Below the pieces are notes generated by a model that worked only from the letters and a program-made list of their open reading frames with translations, had not been told where the DNA came from and searched no databases. A stretch of DNA of 32,000 bases from Synechocystis sp. PCC 6803 substr. PCC-P (GTDB lineage: Bacteria > Cyanobacteriota > Cyanobacteriia > Cyanobacteriales > Microcystaceae). Each line of letters begins with the position of its first letter. Within the stretch, counting starts at the first letter, position 1. The position numbers and the translations under genes were made by a program. The stretch covers positions 540,001 to 572,000 of the forward strand of contig NC_017039.1 of assembly GCF_000284455.1 (NCBI RefSeq), written 5' to 3'. Shown here piece after piece: positions 7,977-17,524 of this stretch.

Positions 7977-8337
7977 AAGCTTGGGTTACGGTGTTATTGA
8001 CATTGATGAAATTTGACAAGGAAAAGTTATCCCTGCAATTCTGTTCAATCATACGTGCTTTTCTGACCGAAAACGAGTACCAGACCACCCTAACTCCCTA
8101 GGGAGCAAGCACCCCATAAACAAGCTTGAGTATAAATAACTAATTACCCATTCCATCGCTTAATGTTGGCCGCAGCATCGGACGGCAAGTTCTCCCCAGG
8201 AATAATAGTCCATTGTTCATCAACCAAGCTTTAAAAATATTCACAAAAAATTCTTCGGTATTAGCACTATTTTCTGGGCAAACAATTGAAAAAAATAAGC
8301 TAGCATGGCTTCAATATGAGTATTAAGTAGGTTAACC

Positions 8338-9234
8338 ATGGGTGCTGTTATCTCGGCGATCGCCGCTTTGGCTAGTTGGACAGTATTTATCACCGTTAAA
8401 AATCCTGAGAATCCCAAAATTCCTAAACTTTTACGGCCCCTGCTATTTTTTATTGCCCTACTCATGTCAGCATTATTTGTGCAACAGAGTTTAGGGCGAG
8501 CTCTGGTGGTGATTCCGGCGGGAGAAGTGGGGGTAATCGAAACTATGGGCACAGTGGATACCACTCCCCTTACCTCTGGGGTTTATTTCCTCAATCCCCT
8601 TTCCAAGGTCGTCACCTATTCCACCCGTTTGCAGGACATTAAAGAAACCGTAGATACCTCTTCCAAAGAAGGTTTGAACTTTAACATTGATGTCAGTTTG
8701 CAATATCGCCTTAACCCGGAAAAAGCTGGGGAAGTGTTTTCTAGCCTCGGCAGTGAAGAACAGCAAAGGGAAATTATTATCTCTCGCTTCCGTTCCCTCA
8801 TCCGGGAAAATACGGCCAAATACGATCTAAGTTCTATCTATGGTGATAAAAGAGCTGAGATTTCCGGAGTACTGGTTCAGTCAATGAAAGAGCAATTAGA
8901 ACCCCTGGGATTTGTGGTGGAAGAAGCCCTAATGAGAAATGTGATTTTGCCGGAAAATATTCAAAAAGCGATCCAAGCTAAAGTGGAAGTAGAGCAAAGT
9001 AATCAGAAAAAACAATTGGAATTAATTAGTGCCCGACGGGATGCGGAAAGAAAAATTATTGAAGCCCAAGGGGTAGCTGATTCCCAAAGAATTCTCTCCC
9101 AAAGTTTGACGGATCAAATTATTAAATTAAAGGCCATTGAAGCCACCCAGAAACTGGCGGAATCGCCCAACACCAAGGTATTAATTATGGGCTCGGGGGA
9201 GGGAAATTTGCCCATTATCATGTCGGACCCCTAA
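8338..9234 (+). CDS. SPFH / band-7 (prohibitin-homologue) membrane protein
   Basis: 298-aa ORF. An N-terminal TM segment is followed by an SPFH-like core and a coiled-coil tail ([20 protein letters not shown]...[10 protein letters not shown]). Confidence 0.85.
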   Translation: MGAVISAIAALASWTVFITVKNPENPKIPKLLRPLLFFIALLMSALFVQQSLGRALVVIPAGEVGVIETMGTVDTTPLTSGVYFLNPLSKVVTYSTRLQDIKETVDTSSKEGLNFNIDVSLQYRLNPEKAGEVFSSLGSEEQQREIIISRFRSLIRENTAKYDLSSIYGDKRAEISGVLVQSMKEQLEPLGFVVEEALMRNVILPENIQKAIQAKVEVEQSNQKKQLELISARRDAERKIIEAQGVADSQRILSQSLTDQIIKLKAIEATQKLAESPNTKVLIMGSGEGNLPIIMSDP

Positions 9235-9746
9235 CCCAACCCTGCGGCGGCATGGGCTTTAGCTAAACGAACATAGTTTTGTCCGTGGTCTAGTAGACCT
9301 TGGACCTGGCCTTCACTCACCTGTTTAATAATTTTTGCTGGTACTCCCATCACCAAAGACCGGGGGGGCACATCCTTGGTCACCACGGCTCCAGCACCGA
9401 TGATACTGCCAGCACCAATGCGAACATTATCCAAAATAGTTGCTCCAATGCCGATCAAGCTACCCCGTTCAATGTGGGCGGCGTGGACCACAGCCCGGTG
9501 GCCAACGGTGACCCAATCTTCTAGTACGGTGACAATGCCCGGATCGCCGTGGAGTATGGCTCCATCTTGGATATTAGTGCCTTCCCCAATGATTATGGCT
9601 TCCAGATCCGCCCGTACCACAGCTCCGTACCAAATACTACAATCCTTGCCTAAGTGGACTTTGCCGACCACAGTGGCATTGGCTGCCACAAACGCTGCTG
9701 GGGATAAATCCGGTGGAGTAAGGTAAATGGGAAAGTTTGCGTCCAT
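9231..9746 (-). CDS. Gamma-carbonic-anhydrase-like / left-handed beta-helix (hexapeptide repeat) protein
   Basis: Hexapeptide repeats run throughout ([16 protein letters not shown]..., [13 protein letters not shown]). I placed the start at the ATG of MDANFPIY (9746). The ORF track extends to a TTG at 9812. Confidence 0.8.
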   Translation of the reverse strand: MDANFPIYLTPPDLSPAAFVAANATVVGKVHLGKDCSIWYGAVVRADLEAIIIGEGTNIQDGAILHGDPGIVTVLEDWVTVGHRAVVHAAHIERGSLIGIGATILDNVRIGAGSIIGAGAVVTKDVPPRSLVMGVPAKIIKQVSEGQVQGLLDHGQNYVRLAKAHAAAGLG

Positions 9747-10095
9747 AACACCCTTGAGAGCCTGTTTGCAAAGTTTGGAATGGGGGTTAATCCCGCCAGG
9801 CACCTTTAGCAAGGGAGAAAAAAAATGAAAGTTTTTCCTTCAAGGGGGATTTAGGGCTGACCATACCACTTTTCTAACCCACTCCCACAATGAACACAAA
9901 AACAGTTTTGGGCAATTTTCCGTTATTTCGCCATACCAGCAAAAAAAATTTCGCGCTACCATTGAGGGCAACAAAATGGGACTTGGGTAGTCTAAATTTC
10001 CCAATCCTTTAGGGGGAAGTCTCTGTTTTGGTCAAGGCCCATGGCTTTTGGGTTCTTGAACGTTGTTGTTGTTGCCGCAAGGCGAAATTTTTGTT

Positions 10096-10431
10096 ATGCA
10101 CTATACCTTTGATATTTTGGGGGTAACGCCGGTTTTCACCTTTTTTAACTATCAACAAGAGGTGGAAAATAACCCCCGCCGCAGTATGGCCTACCTGGGC
10201 AGTCCCGAATGCACTTTGGATGGGCTGATTCAAGCTACAGAATTAATTCCCGACAAACCTGACTGGGACTGGGACGCAGTGGTAAAAACCATGGTTAACT
10301 TTTGGTTGCACCACGAATCCAATATTCAGACTTGGCGACGGGAAATGGCCAGTTTTAGTGAAGCAACTTTACTGGTGGCTAGGGTTGCCAATACCCATGT
10401 GCTCCGTCAAGAGTTTGAAGCTCTGCTTTAG
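10096..10431 (+). CDS. Conserved hypothetical protein
   Basis: ORF with an ATG at MHYTFDILGV. The upstream TTG extension from 10063 looks unlikely. I recognise no family. Confidence 0.45.
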   Translation: MHYTFDILGVTPVFTFFNYQQEVENNPRRSMAYLGSPECTLDGLIQATELIPDKPDWDWDAVVKTMVNFWLHHESNIQTWRREMASFSEATLLVARVANTHVLRQEFEALL

Positions 10432-10634
10432 CAACTAGGACAATGTTTGTATAGCGTTCCCGGTGTTCTCATTTCTTTTACCGGGCTGGGTTGTTCCATT
10501 GACCGCAATATTATGATGGCTTTGAGTTTGCCACCAATCGAACAAGGCTAAAGTTCTCTTTCTCTAGCTTTGCAAGAATCCAGAAGACAAACTCAGAAAC
10601 CTTAATTTCCTCAACCTAATTTTTTGTTGCCGCT

Positions 10635-12272
10635 TTGAACTTGATAAAACCCATTTGCCAATCCATGGTTACCAGGGATGGGATCCGCTTGGACAGCGAT
10701 CTTTACTATCCCAACTCCGGTGGGCCATGGCCGGCCCTGTTGATGCGGCAACCCTACGGCCGCCGTTTAGCTTCCACCCTGGTGTATGCCCATCCCCATT
10801 GGTACGCTGCCCAGGGTTATTTAGTCATTATCCAAGATGTACGGGGTCGAGGGAGTTCGGAGGGAGAATTTGATCTATTTGCCCACGAAGTAGAAGACGG
10901 CCAGGATTGCCTAGATTGGGTTTCTAAGCTACCCCAATGTGAAGGTTCTGTGGCCACCTATGGTTTTTCTTACCAGGGCATGACCCAACTGTATGCTGCT
11001 GCCAACCACCATCCGAGTTTGAAAACCATTTGCCCGGCCATGATCGCCTGGGATTTATATCAAGATTGGGCCCATGAAAATGGGGCTTTTTGTCTGCAAA
11101 ATAACCTCGGCTGGGCCCTACAGTTGGCGACGGATTCTGCCAAGCGGCGGAAAGATGAGCAAACTTTTCGAAGGTTGATGCGCCTAGCAAAAAGTTACGA
11201 TTTTTCTGGTTTCCAACCAGCCATTCCCGATCGCCTGGGGGAGTTGGCCCCGGATTCCTTTTACCATCAATGGATCAGTCAACCTCCAGAAGCAGATTAT
11301 TGGCAACGGCGATCGCCAGATCAACGCTGGCAAATTAGGGAAAAAATTGACATTCCCGTGTTGCAAATTGGCGGTTGGTTTGATCCCCATCTGCGAGGTA
11401 ATTGGCGTTTATATGCAGAATTAGAAAGATGTGGCATTCAGCAAAAAATGGTGGTGGGGCCCTGGGGGCATTTTCCCTGGGGCAGTCGGGCCGGGGGACA
11501 AAATTATGGTGAGTCTGCCATCAGTGGGGTGGATCAGTTGCAATTAGCCTGGTTTGATCATTTTCTTAAAGGGCAAGAGCCCCGCTTTAATCCAGCCAAG
11601 TTGGAGTTATTTGACCTGGGCACCAAGCAATGGCGATATTTAACTGACTTGCCCTCGACGCAACAAAGCTGGTTTTTACAATGCTCTGGTTTAGGTACTA
11701 CCCAAGGCAGTGCTTTGACGGCAAAGGTCCCAGCAAGGTCAACGGAGGAAATTAGCGATGTTTGGGTTCATGATCCCTGGCGACCCGTACCCAGTTTGGG
11801 GGGGCATAGTGGTTATCCCCAGGGAGTGAAGGAAAGAAGTACTATTGATGATCGCAGTGATGTGGTTACCTATACTTCTGAGCCTTTGCAGAAAAGTTTA
11901 ACCATCTGTGGTGTTCCCCAAATTTTCCTCACTTTGGAATCCGATCGCCCTAGTTTCGATGTAGCGGTGAGTTTGTCTCAATTTAGGGTCACTGGAGAAG
12001 TGTGGGCCCTCAGCCAGGGTTACTGTACTAGCTGTAAGCAAACAGCTAATTTGGAAATTTGTCTCCAGGCAATTTGTGTAACTTTGTCCCCTGGCGATTG
12101 CCTGCGCATTAGTTTAGCGGGGGCAAGCTTTCCTGCTTATCCCGTCAACCCTGGCACTGGTCAGCAGGCGGTTTTGGCGAATTTGGTTGATCAGCAAATT
12201 ATTACCCTGGCTTTGGTCACCGATGGCCCAACCCAAAATCATCTGCTGTTGCCCATTCTCTCGGGGGAGTGA
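10635..12272 (+). CDS. CocE/NonD-family hydrolase (S15 X-Pro dipeptidyl-peptidase-like)
   Basis: 545-aa ORF. The N-terminal region RDGIRLDSDLYYP, the nucleophile-elbow-like YGFSYQG and the length all fit CocE/NonD. The start may instead be the ATG at about 10665. Confidence 0.8.
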   Translation: MNLIKPICQSMVTRDGIRLDSDLYYPNSGGPWPALLMRQPYGRRLASTLVYAHPHWYAAQGYLVIIQDVRGRGSSEGEFDLFAHEVEDGQDCLDWVSKLPQCEGSVATYGFSYQGMTQLYAAANHHPSLKTICPAMIAWDLYQDWAHENGAFCLQNNLGWALQLATDSAKRRKDEQTFRRLMRLAKSYDFSGFQPAIPDRLGELAPDSFYHQWISQPPEADYWQRRSPDQRWQIREKIDIPVLQIGGWFDPHLRGNWRLYAELERCGIQQKMVVGPWGHFPWGSRAGGQNYGESAISGVDQLQLAWFDHFLKGQEPRFNPAKLELFDLGTKQWRYLTDLPSTQQSWFLQCSGLGTTQGSALTAKVPARSTEEISDVWVHDPWRPVPSLGGHSGYPQGVKERSTIDDRSDVVTYTSEPLQKSLTICGVPQIFLTLESDRPSFDVAVSLSQFRVTGEVWALSQGYCTSCKQTANLEICLQAICVTLSPGDCLRISLAGASFPAYPVNPGTGQQAVLANLVDQQIITLALVTDGPTQNHLLLPILSGE

Positions 12273-12321
12273 ACAAAAGTTTTGATTATCCAAAGGCGAT
12301 CGCCTTGCTGGGTTATTTCTT

Positions 12322-12969
12322 CTACCACTCCAGAGCCGCCGCCACAGTGGGAAAATGCTTCATAAAAATCTTCCGAGCCGCCAAAGCAATTTCCCGGTGT
12401 TCTTTTTGGGTGGCCTGGTCACAGCGGACACTGAAATAGTGGATCCAACTGCGTACAGAGCCTTTCATATATAAACGGGTAACCGTATTGAGGGGCAAAA
12501 TAGAACGGGCACACTCTTTGGCAATGCCCTTAGCCAAGGCCTCTTCATAAAGTTGATGACTTTTTTCCCACACGGCTGCCTGGGCTTGGTTGAACCATTT
12601 TTTTGTGCTTTCATCAAAGTCATCTAGGGAATTTTGACGGTTTTTCACATCCTGACGACGGGCTTCATAGCACTCATATTCGGTAGCACAGGAATACCTT
12701 AGACTAAACTCCTGAAAAGAAAACGATCGATGTCTTAAAATTTGGGGGGCGATCGCCCGGGTGGTGGTAATTTCCAAGGTCATATCCACCATTTCAAAAA
12801 TGCTCCAATGGCCTTCCCGGATGCAAAATTGCAATAGCTTAGTGTAGTTGGGATTTTCTTGGTTAGGACTAGAAACCCTAGCGCAGTAGGCAATTAGTCC
12901 CTCGGGGGAAAGGGGCTCCCCGTCAATGACAATTTCGGGTTTGGTGAGGGAAATGAAACGAACATCCAT
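12322..12969 (-). CDS. thyX: FAD-dependent thymidylate synthase ThyX
   Basis: Carries the ThyX signature [15 protein letters not shown] placed the start at the ATG of MDVRFISL (12969). The track ORF extends to a TTG at 13020. Confidence 0.9.
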   Translation of the reverse strand: MDVRFISLTKPEIVIDGEPLSPEGLIAYCARVSSPNQENPNYTKLLQFCIREGHWSIFEMVDMTLEITTTRAIAPQILRHRSFSFQEFSLRYSCATEYECYEARRQDVKNRQNSLDDFDESTKKWFNQAQAAVWEKSHQLYEEALAKGIAKECARSILPLNTVTRLYMKGSVRSWIHYFSVRCDQATQKEHREIALAARKIFMKHFPTVAAALEW

Positions 12970-13166
12970 GGTTAAAAATAGGCCACTATGGGGAGGAGAT
13001 TTATCGTTGGCCTTGGTCAATGCAGGGCAAAATCAGCATTGCCCCACAAAAAAATTCCCCAGCTATGGCCAACGGGGGACAACTTGGGGATATCAGCTTA
13101 ATTGTGGTCCAACAAATTTTCTTAAGCGACCAGGTAAAATGACAAGCCCCAGGGGCGATCGCCAGT

Positions 13167-13305
13167 TTATTTAAAACCAACCGCCGCTTGCCACACAAAG
13201 GCCAAAGCCAAAAAGAAGAGGGGAATGACCGGCAGAACATCCACCAGGGGGTCAAAAATCTGATAGGCTTCCGGCAATTTAGCGAGCAAATAAATTGTTT
13301 CCATT
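13167..13305 (-). pseudogene. psbK: psbK (photosystem II PsbK subunit) interrupted by a 1-nt insertion after codon 15
   Basis: Hand translation of the minus strand. 13305-13261 gives [15 protein letters not shown]. 13259-13167 gives [30 protein letters not shown] followed by a stop. One extra base (13260, + strand C) separates the two parts, so the frame as written ends as ...YQDF then stop. Confidence 0.7.
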
Positions 13306-13398
13306 ATTTGAGTTTCCTGACTGACAAAGAATAAAATCTTAATTTACGGTAAATCTTATCATGATGGCCCCTTCCCCCATTAGCCGTTTTGACGAAAT

Positions 13399-14121
13399 TC
13401 ACGAAGCGGCGATCGCCTCGCACAGAGAGACATTCTCGGAACTGTAAAGGTTCTGCATTCTATGGGCCAAACAACGGGTCAGTTTTTGGGAGCTAGCCTT
13501 GATGGTGCTGGGGTCGTAGTCCCTAGCGGCGATGCCCTGGCCAAAATTAATTTCCACTGAAGTGCCTTTGCCTGGGTAGGGGTCACTGTAGGCGATCGTC
13601 ACTGGGATCACTTTAATGTCAGTGTTGGGGTTTTGCTTACAAACTTCCATGGCAATGCGCCCAATACCCCGTTTGAGGGGATGGACAGTGTGTTGATCCC
13701 GAAAAATGCCCCCCTCAGGAAAAATGACCAACATTTCCCCTGCTTGGAGTAACTGCACACTATAACTCACACTACTGATTTCCGGCCTTTTCACGTCAAC
13801 GGGAAATCCCCCCAAATGGCGAATAAACCAACCCTGTAAACCCTGCACTTCCGTCACCGCCACCATAAAACGGAGGTCTCGACCAGTTACCCCCCGACCG
13901 GCGGCCAAAGAAAGCAAAATTGCATCCCAACGGGAACGGTGGGTAGGGGCCAGAATAATCGGGCCACTGCGGGGTAAATGCTCCTGACCATGGATGGCGA
14001 TCGGGCCAAAATACCAATGTAAAAACCTGGTGCCTAGGGGATAAATTAATTTGATTAGCCAGGGGGAAACCCTGGAAGGGCCAATGACAGCAGGGTCGAT
14101 CGCCAGGGGAGAATTGGTCAT
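13399..14121 (-). CDS. Lysophospholipid (1-acyl-sn-glycerol-3-phosphate) acyltransferase family protein
   Basis: 240-aa ORF. It has the acyltransferase H(X)4D motif (THRSRWD) and the FPEGG block. Confidence 0.8.
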   Translation of the reverse strand: MTNSPLAIDPAVIGPSRVSPWLIKLIYPLGTRFLHWYFGPIAIHGQEHLPRSGPIILAPTHRSRWDAILLSLAAGRGVTGRDLRFMVAVTEVQGLQGWFIRHLGGFPVDVKRPEISSVSYSVQLLQAGEMLVIFPEGGIFRDQHTVHPLKRGIGRIAMEVCKQNPNTDIKVIPVTIAYSDPYPGKGTSVEINFGQGIAARDYDPSTIKASSQKLTRCLAHRMQNLYSSENVSLCEAIAAS

Positions 14122-14390
14122 GGTTACGAAAAAAATATGGGTTCTTCCTCCGACAGACGATTAAACTAGAACCTTAGTATTAATTAAATCGCTTGCCGTG
14201 GGGGGTGGTCTCTGTTTTTAAGTTAGATTAACTACTCTGGTTTGGGGACGAGCCATGGGACAGTTAAACAACAGTTGAACGGCCAAATTCCCTCCGCTAT
14301 GTTGGGGGCTGAGCCTTTCAGCTACAGTGGTTAAATAATTACCCTGGGATTATATCGGCCCTATTCCTTGGCCTATTGCTATAAATAACT

Positions 14391-14648
14391 ATGATTAGTC
14401 TTGATCAAGTCAAACAACAAATCCAAGCCGCCCTACCTGATGCCGAAGTAATGGTCAATGACCTGGGGGGAGGGGATCACCTGGAGGCCGTGGTGGTATC
14501 TTCAGCCTTTACCGGCCAGTCCCGGGTCAAACAACATCAAATGGTCTATGGTGCCCTCAAGGATGCTTTGGCTTCGGAGGCAATCCATGCCCTGGCGCTG
14601 AAAACCTTTACTCCAGAAGCCTGGGCCGTGGCCCGGCAGACTGCTTAG
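14391..14648 (+). CDS. BolA-family protein
   Basis: 85-aa ORF with a BolA-like pattern ([28 protein letters not shown]). Confidence 0.85.
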
Positions 14649-14828
14649 ATTTTTCCCCTACATCGAAAATTGGCTCTTTGACATCCCCCAAAACGGCTAA
14701 AGCCAGGGGATTCCTAGACCTGTTTTCAGATAAATTTGAGTTGGGGGGTAAAATGGCAATATTTAAACAACATTAAAGTTGTTAAACTCGCCCACATCCC
14801 AATTTGTCCTTGAAGAGGAGTTGTCTGA

Positions 14829-15152
14829 ATGAATCCGGAAACGAAAGCAAGAATTGATCAGTTGGTCACCGCCAATAAGGTGATGGTCTTTATGAAGGGC
14901 ACGAAGCTGATGCCCCAGTGTGGTTTTTCCAACAATGTGGTGCAAATTCTCAATATGTTGGGTATTCCGTTTGAGACTTTAGATGTGCTGGCCGATGCGG
15001 AAATTCGTCAGGGTATTAAGGAATATTCCAATTGGCCCACCATTCCCCAGGTTTACGTCAATGGTGAATTTGTCGGTGGTTCTGACATCATGATTGAGCT
15101 CTATCAAAATGGTGAGCTGCAGGAAATGTTAGAAGTGGCCTTGGCTTCCTAG
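14829..15152 (+). CDS. grxD: Monothiol (CGFS) glutaredoxin, Grx4 family
   Basis: 107-aa ORF with the active site PQCGFS and the conserved [18 protein letters not shown]. Confidence 0.9.
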   Translation: MNPETKARIDQLVTANKVMVFMKGTKLMPQCGFSNNVVQILNMLGIPFETLDVLADAEIRQGIKEYSNWPTIPQVYVNGEFVGGSDIMIELYQNGELQEMLEVALAS

Positions 15153-15363
15153 GGCTTCACATTCGGTGCATAACGCTGGCGATCGCCGTGGGGGGAAGCT
15201 CTCATCTGTGGAGGGCTTCTTTCACTCCCGCCGTTCGCCAATAAGATGGCGGAGACGGTGGGATATAATCGGACAGGCTTTCGCTAGGGCGTTGTTTGCA
15301 CCTCAGCGACTTTGCTGCTTGTTTAACTCTAATTATTGTTTAACTACTTAGAAATCAATTCCC

Positions 15364-15708
15364 ATGGCACAAGGTAAAGGTTTCGGATTCGGCCTCGGTA
15401 AAATTAAGGAATTACAGGAAGCTTTCCAAAAAGCCCAACAGGTTCAAGAAGGGGCCAAAGTGCTCCAGGAAGAACTGGAAAGAATGGAAATTCCTGGCAA
15501 AAGTGCCGATGGATTGGTGACAGTGTTGATGAGTGGCAACCAAGAACCCCTCAGTATTGAAATTGATCCCAGTGCCCTTGAAAAAGGAGCAGAAGGACTA
15601 TCGGCATCCGTCACCGAAGCGATGAAAGCGGCCTATGCTGAGTCCACGGAAACCATGCGCTCTAAAATGGAAGAGTTAACCAGCGGTTTGAATTTACCCG
15701 GTATGTAG
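15364..15708 (+). CDS. YbaB/EbfC-family nucleoid-associated protein
   Basis: 114-aa ORF. It has a YbaB-like N-terminal helix ([17 protein letters not shown]) and a core segment ([20 protein letters not shown]). Confidence 0.85.
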   Translation: MAQGKGFGFGLGKIKELQEAFQKAQQVQEGAKVLQEELERMEIPGKSADGLVTVLMSGNQEPLSIEIDPSALEKGAEGLSASVTEAMKAAYAESTETMRSKMEELTSGLNLPGM

Positions 15709-15743
15709 GTTCGCCGCCCTTGCCCCCAATCGGAGAGGGATCT

Positions 15744-17048
15744 GTGACTCGTATTCTTAAGCTCTCGCACCTTACCCCCCAACAATTAAACCAACTCAAA
15801 CGTCGCTCGGAACAAAACATTGACCAAGCCCTGGCGATCGCCAAGGAAGTTATTGAGCAGGTAAAAATGGAGGGAGATGCGGGGGTTTTGCATTACAGCC
15901 GTCAGTTTGACTTCGCTGGGGCCACGGCGGAAAATTTGCGGGTGAGTGAAGCGGAATTTGCCGAAGCGGAAAAGTTGGTGGATCCTGAACTACGGCGGGC
16001 GGTGGAACACGCTTTTCGCAATATTGAAAAGGTTCATGCTGGGCAAATGCCTCCCCCCATGCACCTAGCGGAAATTGAGCCGGGGGTATTTGCGGGGGAA
16101 AAAATTACGCCTCTGCCCACGGTGGGTTTGTACGTGCCCAGGGGTAAGGGGGCTTTCCCTTCCATGATGTTGATGTTGGCGGTGCCGGCCCGGGTGGCAG
16201 GGGTAAAGAAAATTGTGGTTTGTACTCCCCCTGACAAAGAGGGAAAAGTGGAGCCGGTTTCCTTGGTCACTGCCCGCATGGCCGGAGTGGATGAGGTCTA
16301 TAAATTGGGTGGTGTCCAGGCCCTTGCGGCAATCGCCTACGGCACCAAAACGGTTAGCAAAGTGGATAAGCTAATTGGCCCCTGCAGCATTTACGGTGCG
16401 GCGGCGAAAAGATTACTGTCCGGCATTGTTGATGTGGGTTTACCGGCAGGACCCAGTGAGTCCATTGTTTTAGCTGATGAAACCACTGACCCCAAGCTGG
16501 CGGCGTTGGATTTGTTGATCGAAGCGGAACACGGCTCCGACTCAGCGGCGCTGTTGGTGACCCACTCTGCAAGTTTGGCGGAAAAGGCATTGGGTTATTT
16601 AGGGGAATACCTGGAAAAACTCCCCCCCTGGCGCAAAAAGTTTTGTGAAGATGGTCTGGGTTCCTATGGCGGCATTTTGCTCACTGATAGTTTGCAAGCT
16701 TCCCTAGATTTCATTAACGATTACGCTCCGGAACATTTGCAGGTGTTGACGGCGGACCCCCTCAAATTGGTGGGCAAAATCGACAATGCGGGGGAAATTT
16801 TGCTGGGCAATTACACTCCGTCTTCAGCCGCTACCTATGCCATTGGGGTAAATGCGGTGCTTCCCACGGGAGGCTTTGCCCGTTCCTACTCGGCGGTGTC
16901 GGTGTTTGATTTCCTCAAGCGTTCTACCCTAGCTTATTTAACGGAGGAAGGTTTTGCTGGGGTGAAGGAAACGGTCACTACCCTAGCGGACTATGAGGAT
17001 TTTCCAGCCCATGCCCTGGCCATACGGGAACGGGAAAATTTGCTTTAA
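15744..17048 (+). CDS. hisD: Histidinol dehydrogenase
   Basis: HisD-length ORF with a conserved core (YVPRGKGAFPSMMLM, IEAEHGSDS, APEHL). I placed the start at the GTG of VTRILKL (15744). The track ORF begins at 15720. Confidence 0.9.
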   Translation: MTRILKLSHLTPQQLNQLKRRSEQNIDQALAIAKEVIEQVKMEGDAGVLHYSRQFDFAGATAENLRVSEAEFAEAEKLVDPELRRAVEHAFRNIEKVHAGQMPPPMHLAEIEPGVFAGEKITPLPTVGLYVPRGKGAFPSMMLMLAVPARVAGVKKIVVCTPPDKEGKVEPVSLVTARMAGVDEVYKLGGVQALAAIAYGTKTVSKVDKLIGPCSIYGAAAKRLLSGIVDVGLPAGPSESIVLADETTDPKLAALDLLIEAEHGSDSAALLVTHSASLAEKALGYLGEYLEKLPPWRKKFCEDGLGSYGGILLTDSLQASLDFINDYAPEHLQVLTADPLKLVGKIDNAGEILLGNYTPSSAATYAIGVNAVLPTGGFARSYSAVSVFDFLKRSTLAYLTEEGFAGVKETVTTLADYEDFPAHALAIRERENLL

Positions 17049-17297
17049 CTTAGAATTGCTGATTGCCGTATTACTTCTGAAATATTCAACAATGCCAGTT
17101 CATTTTTAAAAGATTTAAAATTATTGTTGTTATTCAGGCGATCGCCAAGCTAATCAATAGGATAAATACCGGATAGATAATTTTTGATTATTCTCTCTAC
17201 CGTGTCCATTGATAGGGATTTCGCTTGTTTTTTCATTTACATTCACGTATCCATCGTTATCTAAGAAAGCGTTTGAAAATTACAAGACTAGGTATTT

Positions 17298-17385
17298 ATC
17301 CCCCTAAATCTCCTCACTAAAGCTCCGGCTTAAAAAGGAGAATTTTACGGCAGTTCCCCCCTTCTCAAGGGGGGCTAGGGGGGAT
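17298..17385. repeat. Small palindromic G/C-run intergenic element (MITE-like)
   Basis: ATCCCCCTAAAT (17298-17309) and CTAGGGGGGAT (17375-17385) are near-inverted ends. An internal hairpin has C6 (17356-17361), loop TTCTCAA and G6 (17369-17374). Confidence 0.3.
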
Positions 17386-17524
17386 TAAACAGCCAAAACC
17401 CAACTTTCCAAATATGCTCTAAGCTCATTGAGGAATTTGTCATAAATCAACAACTTAAGATTCAGATTAATACTCCAAAATTTAATTCAATTCTAAATAA
17501 TTTTTCATTAAACAATTAATCCTT

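Noticed and set aside
8094-8105. Perfect 12-bp palindrome CTCCCTAGGGAG in the psbQ / SPFH divergent intergenic region
   Set aside because: It is a single short palindrome with no second copy or flanking motif. It could be a protein site, but the sequence alone does not distinguish that from chance.
8241-8564. 107-aa minus-strand ORF overlapping the start of the SPFH gene
   Set aside because: It overlaps the 5' end of a convincing SPFH gene on the opposite strand. It has no recognisable motifs and extends into an AT-rich promoter region.
13001-13255. 84-aa track ORF on the minus strand between thyX and psbK
   Set aside because: It reads the psbK C-terminal region out of frame and runs into the thyX upstream region. 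It starts at a TTG and its composition is not protein-like. The conserved PsbK sequence in another frame explains this DNA better.
13255-13265. Programmed +1/-1 frameshifting as the explanation for the psbK interruption
   Set aside because: I see no slippery heptamer or downstream structure. No precedent is known to me for psbK. A sequencing error or a mutation is more parsimonious.
15166-15351. 61-aa Arg-rich ORF between grx and ybaB
   Set aside because: Its composition is extremely basic and low-complexity. The region is better explained by a hairpin plus a TATAAT promoter for ybaB.
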